Virus record (IMG/VR): IMGVR_UViG_3300035698_011327
Span: 1 to 64,000 of that record
DNA from: a virus
Length of the DNA stretch: 64,000 nucleotides
Direction: 5' to 3' (one strand)
Shown: piece by piece, positions 1 to 9,365 of the stretch
How positions within the stretch are numbered: the first letter of the stretch is position 1
How the letters are laid out: each line of letters opens with the position of its first letter
Translations under genes and position numbers: made by a program
The notes under the pieces: model-generated
What the model was told of the DNA's origin: nothing
The model's database searches: none
What the model saw: the letters and a program-made list of their open reading frames with translations, nothing else

Positions 1-118
1 ACACCCTAACGTAGGCATGAAATCTCATGAGGGTGTTTATTATGGCTACCATAAAATAAACACCCTAACGTAGGCATGAAATCTCATGAGGGTGTTTATT
101 ATGGCTACCATAAAATAA
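1..118 (+). repeat. 59-bp promoter-associated repeat, two tandem copies (third copy at 848-906)
   Basis: ACACCCTAACGTAGGCATGAAATCTCATGAGGGTGTTTATTATGGCTACCATAAAATAA at 1-59, 60-118 and 848-906. Confidence 0.95.
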
Positions 119-193
119 ACATATACTCCTATACTGTCCCGTAGTATAGTATCTTATAAGGTAAATTTAGAATCAGGAAGGGGGTGACTAAAT

Positions 194-529
194 ATGATTA
201 AAGACTACGCTGTAACCGAATGGCTCGGAGATTATCCTCTGGAGAACCAGTCCTTATGGAATAAAGAGTTCAGCGACCTAGAGTATGCTACGACTCTGGC
301 CGAAGCCACTTATAAGATCGGTCTCCATAAGTACGGGTACGAGCACGAATCGAACGACTGCGGTAAATCCTTTCGCCAGTCTTATTACGTTCTGGTTCAA
401 GAGGTAACTGATTTTAGCGTGGATGGTGTACTGTCTAAAGAAGTCTGGAAGGAAGCGGCAGGTATCACTAATATCGGAAACTTAGGTGGAGCGGCATTGG
501 CCAGGTTTTTATCTAAATGGGAGGACTAA
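194..529 (+). CDS. hypothetical early protein
   Basis: 111-aa ORF, RBS GGGGGTGA, downstream of repeat-linked promoter. Confidence 0.7.
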   Translation: MIKDYAVTEWLGDYPLENQSLWNKEFSDLEYATTLAEATYKIGLHKYGYEHESNDCGKSFRQSYYVLVQEVTDFSVDGVLSKEVWKEAAGITNIGNLGGAALARFLSKWED

Positions 530-816
530 CGATGGCGGTTAAAGTATCAGATAAGCAAAAATATGATTACCTGCGAATCCAGGTAACGAAGAAACTGGTA
601 GTCATGCGCCGAAGAAAAAAGCAGAAGGAAGATGGCCCTGAAGAGAGGGCAGTCTTAAAAGACTTTTTCCGGCACTTTAAGTAAACGGTGAACTAACTTC
701 TGGAAGGGGGTGATTTCTGTGATATATGATTCCGCTGTAAGAATAGCATCGTGCGTTATCATCGGCTATGGCCTTGTAATGGGCATGGTTCTGGTGATTC
801 TGACCTACTAAGTGAA

Positions 817-842
817 TAGCCTACCCCTAGAGAGGGTGGGCT
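817..842 (+). terminator. probable terminator hairpin
   Basis: AGCCTACCC...GGGTGGGCT stem just before the next promoter cassette; no U-tract. Confidence 0.4.
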
Positions 843-909
843 GGAGTACACCCTAACGTAGGCATGAAATCTCATGAGGGTGTTTATTATGGCTACCATA
901 AAATAAACA

Positions 910-938
910 TTTACTCCTATAATGACCCGTAGTATAAT
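910..938 (+). promoter_or_regulatory. sigma70-type early promoter
   Basis: TTTACT (910-915), 17-nt spacer, TATAAT (933-938), preceded by CATAAAATAA. Confidence 0.85.
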
Positions 939-984
939 TACTTATAAGGGATAAGGAATTCAGTAAACGGAAGGGGGTGATTAC

Positions 985-1347
985 ATGCCAGCTTTAAAAG
1001 AAGGAGAAAGATGGAGCGCAGGTTACGGAGTAGGCGATCTGGAAGGAGTTTTTTCAGGAGTCATAGACCTCTCAGGTAATCGTCATAAAGACGGCTATAT
1101 CGACGGTACGTTCATTTTCACGGACGACGCAGGATTTCGCCCATGCGATATAACGGACGCTATGCTCGATAATGCTCGTAAGGGAAACGGTACTCACGAG
1201 TCCGTAAAGGGTGCTTACGCTGTGATCGATCTCTCTAATAATCCAGAATCATTAGAGGAGAACGGTCTTTCCAGCGCCGACGCAGAGGAGTTAGCGAAAG
1301 CGATGAGCGTAATCTGTAAGCACATTAAGCGTCAGCTTATATTCTAA
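985..1347 (+). CDS. hypothetical early protein
   Basis: 120-aa ORF, RBS GGGGGTGAT, between promoter and terminator hairpin. Confidence 0.75.
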   Translation: MPALKEGERWSAGYGVGDLEGVFSGVIDLSGNRHKDGYIDGTFIFTDDAGFRPCDITDAMLDNARKGNGTHESVKGAYAVIDLSNNPESLEENGLSSADAEELAKAMSVICKHIKRQLIF

Positions 1348-1355
1348 CTTTAACA

Positions 1356-1382
1356 GGGTAAGGGCGAAAGCCCTCACCCTTT
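1356..1382 (+). terminator. GAAA-tetraloop hairpin, probable terminator
   Basis: AGGGTAAGGGC-GAAA-GCCCTCACCCT followed by TT. Confidence 0.6.
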
Positions 1383-1760
1383 CCTCACCCTTTGGCCCCC
1401 ATGCGGTCTCATGCTAACCTGTCTAACAGGGGTGTCAGGACATAACTACAGGTCGGCAGCCTATAATCAGCGTACTTAGTCATATGTCTTGGGTAGGTGA
1501 CACACGTTTCATGCCTACTCATGCTACCAAAAATCACGCAATCACTATGTTAGTTGTGTCTGAATTTGGAATGACTGGGTAATGACCGCTACGATGATAG
1601 TGGTATTGTTGTGACAATAAAAAAGCGTTTACTTTCACGAGTAAACAGGTTACTTTATCTAATGAATACGGTGTGATGTGAGTGAATGAACGGTGGATGA
1701 ACGGTGAAAGGTGCGTACGGGGCCAGACAGGCAAGGGGGCAGTGCTGGTGTTGCACGCCC

Positions 1761-2255
1761 CACGTCACCCATACAAACAAACATAAGCACGTCACCCATA
1801 CAAACAAACATAAGCACGTCATACTCATTAACATTACACGTGACACGCATCCATACAAATAAACATAAGCAAAACCACTAACACGGATACACCTTAGCAT
1901 CCAAGTTACATACACCCTTAGCATCCAAGCCTTACACGCTTTGATATATAAAGCAGACACGTATAGATTAAGATAGGTACACGGATATAACTATATAGGG
2001 AGTCAATAGGGTCAAAAGGTATAGTCTGTATAGGGATAGTAGTTGGTGCTTTAGGGGTGTCTTTTTAGGGAGATAGCTGATATGGGTATTTGGGAGAAGG
2101 TTTTGCTTGGATGCTTTAATGTAATAATGATAGTGATTGGATGCTATGTCGTGATAGTTGGTGGGGCTGTTTATGCTTGGATATTTGGGTGAAGGCACGG
2201 TGGAAAACGTGATAACAAGGTGGAAATTGGAACAAGGTGAATAATAACAAGGTGT
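1761..2255. repeat. non-coding direct and inverted repeat block
   Basis: 27-bp CACGTCACCCATACAAACAAACATAAG x2 (1761-1814); TTAGCATCCAAG x2 (1891-1929) mirrored by TTGGATGCT at 2107 and 2137; AACAAGGTG x3 (2214-2254). Confidence 0.8.
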
Positions 2256-2531
2256 TATGAAGGAATTGGGGGTGAGGGATTGGGTGAAAGGGAATGGTAA
2301 AAGAGCGATGCTCTTTTATGTCGGGTGTTTAGAGGAGTGATAGTGTGGGTGGATTTAGATATACTATAGTTTTGGTAGGTGAAGAAGGAATGACTTGCTT
2401 ATGGTGGAGATAACAACGTGAGAACATTAGAGATTGTAAAAGAAACGCAGGGAATTAAGGCTTTACTTCCAATCGGTAATATAGTAAATATAGGTTGGTA
2501 AAGAGAATATACTATATGAAAACGAGATGTT

Positions 2532-2990
2532 ATGTCTAAATTTATTAAGCTACATGGGAAGCGAGACGTTGGTGGGAAAGGGAATCTTGTACTCGTCAAT
2601 GTCAATGCGATAAAACACGTCCTTGTCTCCTATGATAAAAGCAGAGGAGAGTGCTATACAAAAGTAAGAACATCCGATGAAGTAAGCGTTGGAGTGAAAG
2701 AAACAGTCGAAGAAGTGTGGGCGATGTTAAATGATACACCTAATAATGATAACGATGCTCAAAGAGACAGGCTGAGTAGGAGGATGGATGTAGAACAAGA
2801 GAATAATCAGTACGAAGAAGTATCCTTTGATGGTGCGAGCAAGTATGACCATACTACGATCTATCATTTTGGAGGGAGTGAGCTGTTTTACACGGTAGTA
2901 CAAGATGATTATAAGACCGTAACCAAGGCGATAAAGACTGCTATGGGTGAAGAAACTAATGGTAAGCTAACGAGGAGGATGGATAAATGA
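2532..2990 (+). CDS. FlbD/SwrD-like small beta-domain protein with RRxD tags
   Basis: MSKFIKLH...VLVNVNAIKHV...VKETVEEV resembles the FlbD-family pattern; RLSRRMD internal, LTRRMDK at C-terminus. Confidence 0.55.
   Translation: MSKFIKLHGKRDVGGKGNLVLVNVNAIKHVLVSYDKSRGECYTKVRTSDEVSVGVKETVEEVWAMLNDTPNNDNDAQRDRLSRRMDVEQENNQYEEVSFDGASKYDHTTIYHFGGSELFYTVVQDDYKTVTKAIKTAMGEETNGKLTRRMDK
2751..2841 (+). repeat. 91-bp exact duplication (second copy 3650-3740)
   Basis: identical segment encoding NDAQRDRLSRRMDVEQENNQYEEVSFDGAS in two genes. Confidence 0.95.
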
Positions 2991-3220
2991 GGATATCAGA
3001 GACGGAGATGAATACAAAGACTATCGTGATCGGGAGGACTGAGTTTCTTGGAATGATACTTCGCCACATACAATATAAAGGCGTTAAGATACACGAGAAT
3101 GCTGCCGATGAAGTAACTTTTAATTTTAGCGATAGTTCACAAGCCTCTGCTTCTGAGCTTAAGCACGTAGTAGCTTCTTTCAAAGTAGCATCTATTGTCC
3201 GAGATGAAGAGAGCATTTAA
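2987..3220 (+). CDS. hypothetical protein
   Basis: ATGA overlap with previous gene, AGGAGG RBS. Confidence 0.7.
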   Translation: MRISETEMNTKTIVIGRTEFLGMILRHIQYKGVKIHENAADEVTFNFSDSSQASASELKHVVASFKVASIVRDEESI

Positions 3221-3222
3221 TC

Positions 3223-3462
3223 ATGGATACTACCCTTCCTAATATAATGTTCTTGACGTTAAGGAGCATGAGAAAGAGAGTAGGGATAATTTGTAGCAAC
3301 GTATCGTGCTATATTGATAACGTTGATTCTACTACAATTTGCTTTATTGGTGATCGTCAAGATAGCATAATCGTGCTGGAAAAGTTCGATGACATCACCT
3401 TTAAGCTGAGAAAAAGTGGAATCGATACTGCGGGAAGGAGGATGAGGAAGATTGATTGCTGA
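3223..3462 (+). CDS. FlbD-like small protein
   Basis: similar hydrophobic strand pattern ending IIVLEKFDDI; C-terminal RRMRKIDC. Confidence 0.45.
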   Translation: MDTTLPNIMFLTLRSMRKRVGIICSNVSCYIDNVDSTTICFIGDRQDSIIVLEKFDDITFKLRKSGIDTAGRRMRKIDC

Positions 3463-4192
3463 GCCAAAAACGATAGTACTTACGTGGGAAGGTAACGGCA
3501 GCAAGGCGCACGTTCTAATCAATAGCATTGTCTATTATGAAAAGAGCGTATCGGATAAATATACATGCTTATATGTTGTGAATGGGACTAATCTCAGAGT
3601 AAAAGAATATTGCGCTGCTATAACAAGAATGATAGAAGGCACGCCATTGAACGATGCTCAAAGAGACAGGCTGAGTAGGAGGATGGATGTAGAACAAGAG
3701 AATAATCAGTACGAAGAAGTATCCTTTGATGGTGCGAGCACGATTGATAGGTTTGCTACCGAGAATGAAGATCCAAGAGAGCATCTTGATATAAACGATG
3801 TCGAGAATTTTAATGTCGATCCAAACCTCCTCCCCGACGAAGGGCAAACCAATGGTGAGACATTGATCGCAAGGATGGGTAGACTTGAAGATAGATTAGC
3901 CCAAACGACAGACCGTGGCGAACAAAGGCTATTGGCCGATGCGCTTGATAGCGTTAGGGAGGAGATCTCAAGCCGATTTGAAGCCAATGGCTATGATAAC
4001 CCATACCATGCCTTCTCTGCTACTGAAATTGCCAATAGGACTGAAACTGAACTTAGGGCAAGGATGGATATATTACCTAGCCTTGTTCTTGCTGCTGATA
4101 CTGAAGAAGAAGAAATCAGCCTTACTGAGGAGATAGAATTAATTGAAAACGAGTTATTAAGAATGGCGGTCAACGATGATACACCCTTCTAA
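3452..4192 (+). CDS. FlbD-like N-domain plus acidic coiled-coil protein
   Basis: VLINSIVYY...TCLYVVNGTNLRVKE pattern; contains the duplicated RLSRRMD segment. Confidence 0.55.
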   Translation: MIAEPKTIVLTWEGNGSKAHVLINSIVYYEKSVSDKYTCLYVVNGTNLRVKEYCAAITRMIEGTPLNDAQRDRLSRRMDVEQENNQYEEVSFDGASTIDRFATENEDPREHLDINDVENFNVDPNLLPDEGQTNGETLIARMGRLEDRLAQTTDRGEQRLLADALDSVREEISSRFEANGYDNPYHAFSATEIANRTETELRARMDILPSLVLAADTEEEEISLTEEIELIENELLRMAVNDDTPF

Positions 4193-4201
4193 AGGAAACC
4201 A

Positions 4202-4573
4202 ATGAGCATAATACTTGAAGATAGGATGGGACTACCACAGTTAAAGACAATCTCTGGATTCGTCGGTATCTGGAACCTATCAGAGGTATTAAACTTTGCT
4301 ATGATGTGGGGAAATGCTAATAACGTCACCGTCTCACCTCAATCAAAAGACATAAGGAGTGGTGCGTGGGGGTGCTTCGTAGCGATGACCGTTAGGATTA
4401 ACGACGAAATGGTTCAAAGGCAGTACGGACTTATTAAGTCTGCCACTGTTGAGGACTATATAAGCACCCTTATTGACGATGATTTGGTTATAGACAGCGT
4501 CAAAAGATCAAGAAAGCTTACCGTAGGTGAAGATGGGAGATTAAGCAGGAGAATCGATAAGGAGAATCTATGA
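4202..4573 (+). CDS. hypothetical protein with RRxD tag
   Basis: 123-aa ORF ending GRLSRRIDKENL. Confidence 0.7.
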   Translation: MSIILEDRMGLPQLKTISGFVGIWNLSEVLNFAMMWGNANNVTVSPQSKDIRSGAWGCFVAMTVRINDEMVQRQYGLIKSATVEDYISTLIDDDLVIDSVKRSRKLTVGEDGRLSRRIDKENL

Positions 4574-4770
4574 TTAAATGTCCGATGTGTAACGGTGAGG
4601 TAGATAAGATAATCTATTATGGGCTACCTCATAAATTCTGTAAAGACAGGGACTGTAACTGTATGTTTGGGTTCTTTGCTCTGTTTACTAAGTTCTTGCC
4701 GTTCAACGGGTGGGTAGTGGAGTACAAAAGCAACTACTTCGTAGCATTATTCTATTGGGTGAAAGGGTGA
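4570..4770 (+). CDS. small Cys-rich protein
   Basis: CPMC and CxxxxC motifs, ATGA overlap. Confidence 0.6.
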   Translation: MIKCPMCNGEVDKIIYYGLPHKFCKDRDCNCMFGFFALFTKFLPFNGWVVEYKSNYFVALFYWVKG

Positions 4771-4774
4771 TAAA

Positions 4775-4981
4775 ATGAAAGAAAAGATCAGCAACTCAGG
4801 ATTCAAAATATGTAGAAGGTGCGAGTATATCATGCTTGCTTCTGTCGAAGCAGAAGGCGCTGACGGTAACTGGATAGAAATCAAGTGGGCGCACTGTTCT
4901 CACGAAGGCGGGAGCGTGCCTATAGCTGTACTAAAAAACTGTCCTTTGCTGGGGTCGCACGTACCAGACTTTAAAGCATAA
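4775..4981 (+). CDS. small Cys-containing hypothetical protein
   Basis: CRRC motif, in-operon spacing. Confidence 0.55.
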   Translation: MKEKISNSGFKICRRCEYIMLASVEAEGADGNWIEIKWAHCSHEGGSVPIAVLKNCPLLGSHVPDFKA

Positions 4982-5128
4982 TACTTCGGATCGGAAAGGC
5001 GTGTAAGTGCCTGGATTTCATGAAAAGTTTCTTATGAGTAGCATAAAATAACCCTTTACTTTCAGTACCTTATATATTATCCTTATATAGTAGAAATATT
5101 ATGTACATAAAGGGGGGGGTGATTCTAA

Positions 5129-5320
5129 GTGTACGAGAAAATATGCGTTAGGTGTGAGGAGAGGCCAGTTAATATAGATGTCCGTGAGATAACGGGCAGA
5201 GATATTTGCGTCATATGCTGTATTAAAGGCTATAAGTTTGTGCTCGGCAAGGTATCGAGTGAAAATCGTGATCTACAGAAGATAGTGGATACCATGCGGA
5301 AGGGCGTCATAAAAGTCTGA
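5129..5320 (+). CDS. small zinc-finger-like protein
   Basis: CVRC and CVIC, RBS GGGGTGAT, TTTACT box upstream at 5055. Confidence 0.6.
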   Translation: MYEKICVRCEERPVNIDVREITGRDICVICCIKGYKFVLGKVSSENRDLQKIVDTMRKGVIKV

Positions 5321-5359
5321 GCTTAATGAAAAGTTTCTTCTGCCGTCATAAAATAAGCC

Positions 5360-5388
5360 TTTACTTCACACCCTAAAAAAGGTATAAT
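5360..5388 (+). promoter_or_regulatory. sigma70-type promoter driving the large non-coding unit
   Basis: TTTACT (5360-5365), 17-nt spacer, TATAAT (5383-5388), CATAAAATAA upstream. Confidence 0.85.
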
Positions 5389-5394
5389 TAGGTA

Positions 5395-6572
5395 GTTTGA
5401 AAGACCTAGGACAGGCCTAGGCTCAGGACAGGGAATAAGCGAAGTGCGGAGCACGTAACGCCTCCCTAAGTTTAACATACCGATCTTGAAGCCTTCGTCG
5501 GTGCGGAAATAACCGTATATGTTAGACGGAGAGGACAGCGGAGGGATTAACACCGTTAAGGTAGTAATCCTGTTCTGAAAAGAACTTAGAGCCACCGGGA
5601 GTAAAAGAAAAGCATAAGTCGGAAAGACTGCTTTACAGAACTAACGTCCTACCTACAGTAAACTCTTACTGCGTTGGTGAGGGCTAGAACCCCGTGTATT
5701 GTATCCTTAATCTATCGTCTTCCCGCAGCAATCGGCACTTCTCGAAAACGTCAGAAATAAAGAATATTTGCTGACGATATGGCGTAGGCTATCTAACCTG
5801 AGGCCCTTTATAAACCGTGAGTTAGAAGTCAGATTCAGTCCCAACGCCGGTAAGAAGAAGCCACTTCCATAAAGTCTTTTCAATATTCTATCTCATACTC
5901 TACTACTGCGACTTCATACGGACGAAAAGATGGCTCGGAAAGGGAGAGTGTTTCTACAGCGATAACTTCCGTCCTTGAGGCAATCTGGTTTCAAGGGTAA
6001 GGAAAACCGTAGTGAACGATTAGTCTGAGCGTTAAGCCTTTAAATGGGAAAGCCATTAGTAGGTGCCTAGACAGCACGAAGTGGTTAGTAGCTGCCTAAT
6101 ACGTTGGGCTATGGAAATCGCCTTTTAATGATAAAGCCATCGAAAGTTTTACTGGATGATCCATCTTTGATTCTTTGAGTCCTCGTACCTACCCGTTGTA
6201 ACAGAGGATGATCGGGATGCGTTCTTACGTTGGTAGTAAGAAGTCTGGGTGGAAATAAAGTTAAATAAAATTTCAGATTTAGGTCAAGACCAACCGAGAG
6301 GTGAGTCCCTATCAAGACATAGGGGGAGACTGGTAACAAAAATTAGTAGGGCTTGAAACGATGAAAGCATAACGTCGGTGAGAAAGAAGCCGATAGTGTT
6401 AATAACCGTATCAAGGAACCGCTGTAGGTGACATAAACACTCAAGCTTCTTAATTTTCCCTCCGGTACGCTGAAAAGCGTACCCTACACTGTAAAGTGTA
6501 GTCCTTTCAACGTAGCTGTAAAAGCTACGTGTTGGTGGTTGGGGCATCCTTCATTGGGTGCCCCAATTACTG
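5395..6572 (+). ncRNA. candidate large (~1.2 kb) structured non-coding RNA
   Basis: no + strand ORF of 60 aa or more behind a consensus promoter; many helices and GNRA-type hairpins, closing with a long GC-rich hairpin at 6534-6571. Confidence 0.65.
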
Positions 6573-6579
6573 CTTCTTG

Positions 6580-6710
6580 ACGGGTTAAATAGGCACAGGG
6601 GTCACACAATTTAGTGTGGATGCCCTAGCTCTGCCGTGCTCTCCTTAGCAACACCTTTCCAAAGTCGGCTTGCGGCTAGCTTCATATGCTCCTGTGCCTA
6701 TTTAACCTGT
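6580..6710 (+). other. long-stem RNA element (processing stem or small RNA)
   Basis: 22-nt arms ACGGGTTAAATAGGCACAGGGG / CTCCTGTGCCTATTTAACCTGT. Confidence 0.55.
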
Positions 6711-6729
6711 TAACCCATAGAAAAGGAGA

Positions 6730-7167
6730 GTGATTATGGAAAATGAAGCGAATGGATTCAAGAAAGAAATCGAGAACTATCAGTGTCCCGGTTGTATGTG
6801 CGGTTGTGACATAAGCTGCTTTGAGCCTAGTTTTCTAGGCGTAGGCTGTGGAAAGCACGTGCCTGGAACCCTTATTGTACCAGGGATAGGCAGAATATCT
6901 CTTGGTATGCCAAAAGGGTTCAACCGAATAGGGCCATTAGACACTAAAGATGGCAATATGAACCTGTATATCCTGCCACACCCCGATGAATTCGAATATG
7001 ATGACCTTAACGTTGTCGTGTGGAAACATCTGGATGAGCACGGGAACACATTAGCCCGTGGTATGACTCCACGGCTAAACCTGCCTTTCTTACACGTTCT
7101 TATTGGTGACTACATCGACGCTATTGGCGGCATCGATATAACATCTAAGCTAAAAGACCTTGACTAA
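6730..7167 (+). CDS. Cys-containing hypothetical protein
   Basis: CPGCMCGC motif, AAGGAG RBS. Confidence 0.75.
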   Translation: MIMENEANGFKKEIENYQCPGCMCGCDISCFEPSFLGVGCGKHVPGTLIVPGIGRISLGMPKGFNRIGPLDTKDGNMNLYILPHPDEFEYDDLNVVVWKHLDEHGNTLARGMTPRLNLPFLHVLIGDYIDAIGGIDITSKLKDLD

Positions 7168-7173
7168 AAGGAG

Positions 7174-7557
7174 GTGATTGAATTGAAAGAAGAATATACA
7201 GAGCTACGTCACGCAGCAGGGCTTCTTATGATCCTTGGACGGAGAAATGCTTGCCGGTACTGCCCGAAATTAATGATATCGAGTGGAACTGGAGAATCGT
7301 TTGAAGTCTGTAATCTTGATAGCGTTACAAGAAAGACGTGCGCATCGTTCATTGACCTCGACATTGTCCGTGAAGATAAATCGTTTTGTCCTTGTCACCA
7401 GTTAGGAGCTAAAGAAGTTATGAAGAGGACGTGGATTGCTCTTGAGGAGAAAGGCTATCTCGACAACTTTGAACCAGAAGATGAGCTTAATCCAGGTATC
7501 GATGACCCATTTAATACAGTCGAACTTATGGCTGGTGACGGCAACTACGGGAGATAA
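7174..7557 (+). CDS. Cys-rich protein, paralog of 8171-8437
   Basis: HA..LL..L...N.C..CP...CPC...TW.ALE.KGY shared with 8171-8437. Confidence 0.7.
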   Translation: MIELKEEYTELRHAAGLLMILGRRNACRYCPKLMISSGTGESFEVCNLDSVTRKTCASFIDLDIVREDKSFCPCHQLGAKEVMKRTWIALEEKGYLDNFEPEDELNPGIDDPFNTVELMAGDGNYGR

Positions 7558-7741
7558 TCTACAATGACTGACTCCGAGTTGGATCTATTGTATCTGAAGA
7601 AACGAGACGAAAGACTGAGTAAAAGCAGAGACTCTGTGGTCCTTGATAGGATCATAAAGTTTCTGTTTCCTTTCGCAATCGGCGTCATCCTTGGATACGG
7701 ATGGTGCTGGAACGTATTTAATTGAAAAGGAGGTGATTTAA

Positions 7742-8158
7742 TTGAAGATTGAACTCAGCCAAAAGCAGATAGTAGGCATATTCTGCCGTAAGGTAAGAGA
7801 CTATGCTATGGGCTCCAAGAAAGGAACCTATAACTCTGTAGACCCTACTGCCTACGAAGAATATCAGGCACACTGTTGGATGTACTTTGGCGAAGGAACG
7901 GAAGATGAGCGTGAAGAAGCGTCTACCGTACACGTTAAAGACATAACGTGGGGAGTTGAAATCAAGATCGTGTCTAAAGATCGTGAAGAAAACGCTTACT
8001 TCGAGTGGCAAGACGGTGAGTGGTGCCGTGAGTCAGACGGATTCAAGAAATTCTTTATGGACATTCTGCTTAACGACATTGGCGAGCGAGCAGATTATAT
8101 GGATCACGAGAAGTCTACTGAAGAACGATTGCTTGATATGGAAGCTTACGATAGGTAA
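7742..8158 (+). CDS. hypothetical protein
   Basis: AAGGAGGTGAT RBS with TTG start. Confidence 0.75.
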   Translation: MKIELSQKQIVGIFCRKVRDYAMGSKKGTYNSVDPTAYEEYQAHCWMYFGEGTEDEREEASTVHVKDITWGVEIKIVSKDREENAYFEWQDGEWCRESDGFKKFFMDILLNDIGERADYMDHEKSTEERLLDMEAYDR

Positions 8159-8170
8159 AGGAGGTGATTT

Positions 8171-8437
8171 GTGAAGTATACAGAAAAGGAGCACGCAGTA
8201 AACCTACTTGAGATGCTCAAGCACGAGAATCCTTGTGCTACTTGTCCTGCTGGTAGTCGTTTCTTTGATGATCTTGTCTGTAAGACGTGCCGAGAGTTCG
8301 TCTGGCTAATTGGATCAGGAATACCTGGAACCCGTTGCCCTTGCTCTTGCTTTGGACAGGATTATAGGCTAACCGTTGATAACCCTGAAGCCATAAAGAT
8401 AACATGGCTTGCTCTTGAAGCAAAAGGTTACATTTAA
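8171..8437 (+). CDS. Cys-rich protein, paralog of 7174-7557
   Basis: shared motif as above; strong RBS. Confidence 0.75.
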   Translation: MKYTEKEHAVNLLEMLKHENPCATCPAGSRFFDDLVCKTCREFVWLIGSGIPGTRCPCSCFGQDYRLTVDNPEAIKITWLALEAKGYI

Positions 8438-8452
8438 AGGAGGTGATAATCT

Positions 8453-8713
8453 ATGACCAAAGATACAGGGAAAGCCCTTGTGATACACAGCAAGGACTTT
8501 CCAGTAGTATCCATATCCAAAGAGGATATAATCACCTTCTTTAGGGCTAAGTACAGGCGAATGCCAGAGTTTGATGAGCGCCTTAAGGTCATAGAGAAGA
8601 TGACCGACCGTGATATGGAGGAGTTAGCTAAGAAGATGGAAAGAGAGTATGTGAAATCTGTCTTCTGGTTCGACCTTGAAAATATTTTCGAGGATGAGAT
8701 TATGACTAAGTGA
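8453..8713 (+). CDS. hypothetical protein
   Basis: strong RBS, 86 aa. Confidence 0.75.
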   Translation: MTKDTGKALVIHSKDFPVVSISKEDIITFFRAKYRRMPEFDERLKVIEKMTDRDMEELAKKMEREYVKSVFWFDLENIFEDEIMTK

Positions 8714-9049
8714 ACGGAGGGCATAAGGGGAATGCCATTTAGCTGGGAACAGCTTTGCTGTTACAAGTATCCAGATAAAAACCAGCCCTTGGGCGACATG
8801 CCTTTATGCCCTCACCTAATGCCGCAGCTACGGGTGTGGTATTAGGTGGTAACGCTGATGTTGAAATCTTGCACACAATGAAGGGAGGTGATTAAGTGAG
8901 AGAATCAAAGTCGGACTTAATGTTGGCATTACTACACCTGATCGTTATGCACGCAGTCACGTTGGTATGGGTAAAGCTAACCTTTGGACTCTTATCAGCC
9001 TTTTGGCTGGCAATGGCAATCGATAACGCACGTAAAGGGAGGTGAGTCG

Positions 9050-9352
9050 ATGGGAGCACATTTTGAAACGATTGTAATGTTCGCTACCGATGCTTCTGAT
9101 CTTGAAAAGCAATTCCAAGAGATCATGGAGCAATGTAGAGTTGAATACGGTACGAACCCGTACAGCGGAACTTGGGCAACTCTGGATGGCATCAAGATCG
9201 TCGAGCCTGAGCTTGTACCTGATGAAAGGAGCACGTGGCTTGTTCTTGCTGAAGAGTGGCTAATGGATAATTGCCAAAAGTGGGAGTACGCATTGGCTAT
9301 CTATAGCAAGAATGGCAGCGGATATGTGGTTGGCGGGTGGTTAGCAGAATAA
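9050..9352 (+). CDS. hypothetical protein
   Basis: ORF track 8984-9352; RBS GGAGGTGA favours ATG at 9050 (MGAHF). Confidence 0.7.
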   Translation: MGAHFETIVMFATDASDLEKQFQEIMEQCRVEYGTNPYSGTWATLDGIKIVEPELVPDERSTWLVLAEEWLMDNCQKWEYALAIYSKNGSGYVVGGWLAE

Positions 9353-9365
9353 CCTGAAAGGAGGA

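Noticed and set aside
1534-2198. Minus-strand ORFs over the repeat block
   Set aside because: Their peptides simply mirror the DNA repeats and low complexity; no convincing RBS
2970-2990. RRxD tag as a pure by-product of overlapping AGGAGG ribosome-binding sites
   Set aside because: Plausible for the 2990 and 46045 cases only; other instances use non-SD codons, lack a coupled gene, or are internal
5323-6547. Minus-strand ORFs 5323-5595, 6109-6339 and 6284-6547
   Set aside because: Antisense to a strong promoter in an all-plus region, with no RBS or recognisable motifs
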